Source: Eledone cirrhosa
Lineage: Eukaryota
Reading direction: 5' to 3'
DNA length: 64,000 nucleotides
Assembly: GCA_964016885.1 (NCBI GenBank)
Contig: OZ024749.1
Span: forward strand, 39,990,001-40,054,000
Shown: positions 58,016 to 64,000 of the stretch, piece by piece
Position numbering within the stretch: the first letter of the stretch is position 1
Layout: each line of letters begins with the position of its first letter
Position numbers and translations under genes: made by a program
The notes under the pieces: generated by a model
The model's input: the letters and a program-made list of their open reading frames with translations, nothing else
What the model was told of the DNA's origin: nothing
Databases searched by the model: none

Positions 58016-58270
58016 AATTGTTTCTACTTTTTGGCCCAAGGCCAGCAATTATCCCAGAGCATTACTGGTACTTTATTTTATCGACCCCGTAAGGATGAAA
58101 GGCAAAGTTAACCTCGGCGGGATTTGAACTCAGAACGTAAAGGGCTATAACTCTATGCTGTAAAGCATGGTGTCTGACGCTCTACCGATGCTGCCAATTC
58201 ACCAACAACATCGATAATAATGGTTCTTGGTTTAGGCACAAGGCAACAATTTTGGGGGAAGTGGAAAGGC
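58016..58270 (-). mobile_element. SINE family 1 plus adjacent tail fragment
   Basis: Full-length copy at 58016-58204 and fragment at 58215-58270. Confidence 0.88.
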
Positions 58271-58339
58271 AAAATAATAATTTCTTATCTTCCGATCGAA
58301 CTAGGAAAACACTAGTATATATATATATATATATGTATA

Positions 58340-58434
<95 letters not shown>

Positions 58435-58789
58435 TAGATAGATACTATGCTGATAATAAGTAAATATATATATATATTTATAGTTATATCTCATTTTCTT
58501 GAGTCATCCCTCCATCGAAGGTGAAACATTCATTTCACTTTTTTCTAATGGCTAGAATATATACGGTTTGCCATGCCTGCATACTCATAGATTTCTCCGT
58601 TCACTGGAGCAGTTGTCCAACCCATTGTTGAATTAATAGTCAATTATCTGCGAAGCCACTGCTGTTCACGTCACAAAGGTCATCTAATGAAACTGATGAT
58701 CGTCGCATGAGCTGCTTATTACTATGAGACAAGCAAGATTTTTATCGAAGGTTACTGCTCTAGATCTGACTTGTTCTGTTAGACTATCC

Positions 58790-59086
58790 GAGTCATGGGA
58801 AACCTGCGGACGGCGAAGCTTTCTGAGTGGCTCGCCTAAGTCACCTAAGTGAAATCTTTCTGATTATTTTACCCCAACTTTTCAGTCGTAATTTATCTTT
58901 CTATTATTTTTACGATCGACGATAACAACGTATACGAATTCTGAAGAAACAAATAAAAACAACCTGAGCTACCACTCCTTTTTTTATTTTTAATGTGGGC
59001 ACGAATGCAAATTGGCGCTTGCGGCCCGCCTGGTGATGAGCCATATCTCATGCGGCCCGCTTCTCGAAAAAGGTTGCCCATACCTG
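58790..59086. mobile_element. hAT (Charlie-like) non-autonomous element
   Basis: Perfect 8-bp TSD gactatcc (58782-58789 and 59087-59094), imperfect TIRs gagtcatgggaaacct / aggttgcccatacctg, and subterminal tgcggcccgc motifs. Confidence 0.85.
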
Positions 59087-59602
59087 GACTATCCTATGAT
59101 AACCACATCAGAGGCACCTCGTGTAGAATGTGGCTTTTCACCAAGCAAGTCAGTCATGGAACTGCGAGAAGCTAAAGTGTTCAGCTTGAATGAGTATATA
59201 TTGCGCGTCATCAGTTTGCTGAGTGGAGTGTTGAACAAACATTGGTAATATTTGGTCTTTACATAAACATCAAGTGATCTCTGTCTACCTCATAGCGAAA
59301 GCAATTCCCCCTGGTGATGGATGGACGGAGTAATAAGGTCACGTTAAAGGAATGAGGAATGCATGAATGAAACGATCAATAAAGACCAGACCTCTTAAAT
59401 TGTCACAGCTACAGTGACTCATGGTATTACTATTTGCTATATTTTGGTTGTCTTGTCTTCTTAGAATTAAGAAACTCCATTTGTCCTAAGACCTTCGCGG
59501 AACGCCTTTTGGTGACAAACACAATTATTTTCCATTTTGACGTTATGGTCACATATATTATGAAAGACTGTTGGCTTCTTGCTCACATTAATTTCTATAT
59601 TT

Positions 59603-59670
<68 letters not shown>

Positions 59671-59671
59671 A

Positions 59672-59702
<31 letters not shown>

Positions 59703-60204
59703 CAAATATATATAATATATATATATAGTGTATATATATATCAAATATAATATATATAGTGTATATATATATATATATAATATATATATAATATATATAT
59801 ATAGTGTGTATATATATATATATACATATATATAGTAGAAAGAGGATTGGTAAAGCAGGTGAAGTCATACAGTCAAAAGAATGTGGTTGAGAGAGAGAGA
59901 GAGAGAGAATGTGGCTGAGAGAGAGAGAGAGAGAGAAAATCAAATAAAGAGTATGAAAGGGGGATGAATAGACAGGGGGGGGGGCAAGAGGGGGGCGGGG
60001 AAAATTAGGATGATGAATTAAACAAATATAACATAGGTTGTTATTTCGGTGAATATTTCTACATAATACAGACGACCAATATATCATACTATCAGAATTT
60101 GATGTTAACAAATATGTGACGGGCAAATAATATTGGTGGAGAGAGAGATAAACACATCTTAAGTCAATATATACATTGTATATATAATATATATATATAC
60201 ATTG

Positions 60205-60245
<41 letters not shown>

Positions 60246-60708
60246 ATCTGAAGGGTGTATGTGTATGTATATATATATATATGTGTATGAAATTTCGTTT
60301 CATTCTATTCCATATATATATATATACACACACATAAAAGTATATTTACACACACACAATATATATATTTATATATATATATACACACACATTTACAGGT
60401 ATGCTTGTGTGTTTGTGTGTCTGAAAGGTGTATGTGTATGTAATTATATATATGTGTGTGTGTGTGTGTATATATATATATTTGTATATATACGGTGTTT
60501 CAGTTGTGGCTGTTGTTGTTCTTTAAGGTGATGTATAGTGCTGCATATACATATGCATGTGTGTGTGTGTCTTTCTGTGTGTGTGTCTTTCTGTGTGTGC
60601 TTGTGTGTGTTTGTGTGTATGTATACGAAAAATCAACAAGGAAGAAGAACGCGGGAAAACAATACAGTACAATGATGCTATATATTAGTTATATATATAT
60701 ATATATAT

Positions 60709-60782
60709 ACGGGGTCGATAAAATAAAGTACCAGTAATGTACTGGGGATTTGCTGGCCTTGTGCCAAAAGTAGAAACAATTA
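60709..60782 (+). mobile_element. SINE family 1 3' fragment
   Basis: cggggtcgataaaataaagtaccag...ggccttgtgccaaaagtagaaacaatt. Confidence 0.8.
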
Positions 60783-60826
60783 TATATATATATATATATA
60801 TATTTTATATTATACTATTATACTAT

Positions 60827-60861
<35 letters not shown>

Positions 60862-61131
60862 CTGTGTGTGTGTGTGTGTGTCTGTGTGTGTGTGTGCACC
60901 AGTTAGCAGTAAACGTTATTTTTTTAAACGGTGCATCTGTTTTTGTAAATCATGAAATATACAGACAGACAGACAGACAAATAGACAGACAGACAGACTG
61001 ATAGATAGTTAGATAGACCATACATATATACATGATGATGACTGCCCCCCTCCTTATCGAGTGTGGCCATTGCACGATATACCATTATTAATAATTATTA
61101 ATTAACTCTATCGTGCAATGCCTGTGCGTGA

Positions 61132-61335
61132 AGATATTTTTTAAAGTGAGGAATGACTGTGCACTGAGCCAATCACACTCTCTGGGCGACAGTAGCTATA
61201 ACACGAAAAGAAGAAATGATCAACATCATCGGTAACTACTGAGCCGCAGGTTTTATATCGGAGTTATCCCAGTTTCCTGAGTTGCCTTCTCCTAGAAGGA
61301 TGCCCTGAGAAAGGCTAGGGGTCCTTCACTCCCAG
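61132..61335 (-). mobile_element. Dispersed repeat, copy of 41090-41288
   Basis: Near-identical reverse complement. Confidence 0.7.
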
Positions 61336-61455
61336 TGGTTTAACCGCGCGGTACATGTGTATATACATATATACATATAGAGATGAATAGATGCATGCAA
61401 TTATTTTGAATTTGTTTAGCAAGATTTTTTATCTGAAATCGTGTGTTGAAACCGA

Positions 61456-61661
61456 TATTGTTATACTTTGGGAGGGTCATGTTGCCAATAAGAAACACAC
61501 GCTATATATAAACAACTATCTGGTTGTGGAACCAACCAACCAACCAGAAATTTATGAGTTTGTAAATTTGTAAATTTATAAATTTATAAATATATAATAA
61601 ATTGAAGTGAAAGCAACTGGTGCGTGTGTTTCTTATTGGCAACATGACCCTCCCAAAGTAT

Positions 61662-61669
<8 letters not shown>
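61456..61669 (+). mobile_element. Copy of the 12660-12808 island with an inverted duplication of its 3' end
   Basis: 61456-61502 is the reverse complement of 61622-61668. Confidence 0.8.
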
Positions 61670-61720
<51 letters not shown>

Positions 61721-61750
61721 AGATCAAAAGATGGTTAAAAGAGTTCCAAG

Positions 61751-61821
61751 TATTTTATTATGCGCATTTCAAAAACAAATATCATCATGGGATGATATTT
61801 GCGTTCTCATCAGATAAAATA
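61751..61821 (-). ncRNA. Type I hammerhead ribozyme, family D second copy
   Basis: Minus strand reads uauuuuau-CUGAUGA-gaac-gcaaauaucauc/gaugauauuugu-uuuu-GAAA-ugcgca-UA-auaaaaua. Confidence 0.78.
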
Positions 61822-61990
61822 GGGAGACATGATATGAAGCTTAAAAAACACTTGCGAGCAGTGAAGTATTAAATCAACATATGAAAAATAAAGTAAGATG
61901 GATATATGAGATTGGGGAAAAAAAGGAGAGGGGGGGGGAAGGTGAGGAAGAAAGAAAATAAAGGATGACGGGAGAGGAGTATAAGAAGGA

Positions 61991-62097
<107 letters not shown>

Positions 62098-62561
62098 CAA
62101 AGAGAGAGATACATGTATGTATGTGCTTGTGTGGTATAGTTGCATTATGTTTCCATATCACATAAAAACCACAAAACACACACACAACATAAAACGTAAA
62201 TACATAAATGTCAGCATGACTTTTCAAAACAGATGGAATATTTCATACGAAGTAGGAGGCACGGGTTCGATGTAATGTGGTGCAGCTGTTAGGTTTCGTC
62301 ATCTATTTTATTTTTACTTTATATATTCATGTATATATATATATATACCCACTCGACACACACACACACGTATATATATTATATATATATATATATATAC
62401 CATTTCGACACACACACACGTATATATATTTTATATATATATATGTGTGTGAGTGTGTGTGTGTGTGTGGTTATGTATGCATGTGTATATATATATATTA
62501 TATATATATATACTATATATATTATATGTATTATATATATGTTATATATATGTATGTATAT

Positions 62562-62619
<58 letters not shown>

Positions 62620-62622
62620 GTA

Positions 62623-62667
<45 letters not shown>

Positions 62668-62804
62668 TTATCTCTCTATATATATATATGTATCTATATA
62701 TATATATATATGTATATATATGTGTATATATATATGTATCTATATATATATATATGTATATATATGTGTATATATATATATGTGTGTATATACATATATA
62801 TATA

Positions 62805-62863
<59 letters not shown>

Positions 62864-62866
62864 ATC

Positions 62867-62964
<98 letters not shown>

Positions 62965-63181
62965 CATAATAGAGATAAATGAATATATGTTGTTATTGTT
63001 TTATTTATTTTGTGCCAGTAGTGTCTTAGTAAGAAAATATCTGGCAATATCTTGAGAAACAAGCATTAAGCGTGTATAAGAATTTATTATTCAAATTTCG
63101 CTTCTTCTTTTATGATCTAACATCAAATAGGATGGGGCTCTGTGTAATGTTAACATTTATATATGTATATATGTATGTACG

Positions 63182-63213
<32 letters not shown>

Positions 63214-63375
63214 CATGTATGTATGTATGTATGCATGTACGTATATGCGTATGTATGTACGTATATATGTATGTATGTACGTATATATGTATGTATGTAT
63301 GTATGTGTGTGTGTATATATATCTACGTCTGAATGTACTTACATATGTATATGTATGTGTGTGTACACACACACG

Positions 63376-63462
<87 letters not shown>

Positions 63463-63473
63463 ATAAATGTATG

Positions 63474-63693
<220 letters not shown>

Positions 63694-63799
63694 CATGCTG
63701 CTGCTTTCAGTGTAGAGAGAGAATCCCTTCTATATCAGCTGTCGACTGGAGATCACACAAATTCTTACCAACTTCCGACAGTACCGCTCCCTCTATCCC

Positions 63800-64000
63800 T
63801 GCCTAGCAACATTGCTCTGGTTACCAGGTGACGTCTGCAATCCTTGGACCCACATTTCAACATCTTATCTTACTTTCGATCCATGCTGCCGCCACACCAA
63901 TCAAGGGTCAGCTGTAACCACTCCAATCATAAGGCCAAACTCTTCAAATACGCGTCGCTCTCCGACAGGTTTGCGGTTGTACCCTTGGCAGTGGAGACTT
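63800..64000 (+). pseudogene. Decayed restriction-like endonuclease domain of a non-LTR retrotransposon (CRE/R2-group-like), running off the window
   Basis: Manual translation KAKLFKYASLSDRFAVVPLAVET matches the RLE motif K..KY..L......P.AVET.G. Confidence 0.55.

Overview
This is eukaryotic, AT-rich, non-genic or intronic DNA. The SINE families and microsatellite load resemble octopod cephalopod genomes, which is an inference from remembered repeat families and not a database match. About half the window is simple repeat: (TA)n, (CA)n, (TACA)n, (GA)n, (TAGA)n and trinucleotide runs. Nearly all listed ORFs are translations of these repeats, and no host gene can be called with confidence. Recognisable mobile DNA includes about 20 copies of a tRNA-headed SINE and other SINE families. 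It also includes RTE LINE 3' ends (one with a 5' inversion), a decayed DD37D/maT Tc1-mariner element with TIRs, TTAA-flanked and hAT-type MITEs, an RLE-type LINE fragment, and Penelope-like element (PLE) RT and GIY-YIG fragments. There is also a 10-bp satellite and a 60-bp minisatellite with higher-order structure. The main unannotated signal is the set of short non-coding islands inside (TA)n tracts. They repeatedly carry type I hammerhead ribozyme cores: about a dozen well-formed and several decayed, from many unrelated sequence families, including U3-A8 core variants and one with a possible loop II/loop III pseudoknot. Many islands are long fold-back palindromes that turn within or next to the ribozyme hairpins. 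This fits a diverse, microsatellite-targeting, ribozyme-bearing PLE/retrozyme-like system. Folds were read by eye and coordinates are approximate to a few nt.
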